NCBI GenBank assembly: GCA_052327205.1
Contig: CM126214.1
Span: 46,252,001 to 46,316,000 of the forward strand
Source of the DNA: Somniosus microcephalus
Taxonomy: Eukaryota
Reading direction: 5' to 3'
Length of the DNA stretch: 64,000 bases
This document shows positions 63,658 to 64,000 of the stretch, piece by piece; within the stretch, counting starts at the first letter, position 1; each line of letters starts with the position of its first letter. The translations under genes were made by a program, and so were the position numbers. Under the pieces are notes generated by a model. That model was not told where the DNA came from, made no database searches, and saw nothing but the letters and a program-made list of their open reading frames with translations.

Positions 63658-64000
63658 GGCCGAGGTTTTCTGGGGGGTCAGTGGGCGTGATCGGGGGCGG
63701 AATGGGTGGGAAAGTGTATTTTTTCCACAGCGGGTCGGACTCCGCTGTGAACCTTTACCAAATGTCGGGTCTGTCAGTACTAAGCAGACCCAACACGCAG
63801 CAGCGGGGGAGCCAATTTAAATGATTAGTGGTTTGTTTACAGCCACTTAACAATGGTTTTAAACTGATCTTTTGAATTTGACAGCTCGCCCACCGGTTTC
63901 ACGCTGTTGCTAGACCACATCTGTGAAGCTGAGGCCATTGCATCAGCTGATGGGTTGACAGCTTCAGCTGTCAAGTAAAAGCTCTCACCTTACAGAAATA
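63658..64000. mobile_element. probable Harbinger-type terminus running off the window
   Basis: GGCCGAGGTTTT start, GGCGG-rich subterminal region; TTGACAGCT parallels the reverse complement of about 14858-14866. Confidence 0.4.

Overview
A transposon-dense eukaryotic genomic window. The repeat repertoire (CR1, L2 and RTE LINEs, a Tx1 element, Penelope-like elements, Deu-type SINE, Harbinger elements with an intron-containing Myb/SANT gene, Gypsy LTR elements) looks like a cartilaginous fish (shark); this is inferred from repeat types, not proven. No host gene can be called confidently. Main structures: (1) 4946-15181, a Harbinger element with a second Harbinger nested inside it, which in turn carries a CR1 and a solo LTR; (2) 25530-37670, a decayed Gypsy (Mag/K02A2.6-like) retrotransposon whose 5' LTR is split by an apparently full-length Tx1 LINE; (3) 52980-56464, the most notable item: a very young non-autonomous LTR element (two 236-bp LTRs identical by eye, CTGGC TSD, PBS, PPT). 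Its single intact 763-aa ORF encodes Gag plus aspartic protease, fused in frame not to RT/RNase H/integrase but to three segments that I recognise from memory as host-derived: an STK10/SLK coiled coil, the optineurin central coiled coil and a DNAJC21-like zinc finger. Smaller findings include a Tx1 5' end shared with a Harbinger Myb-gene 5' region, a 5'-inverted RTE with a 13-bp TSD, and a Penelope fragment with a degenerate hammerhead. All homology calls come from recall and by-eye comparison; no searches were run.
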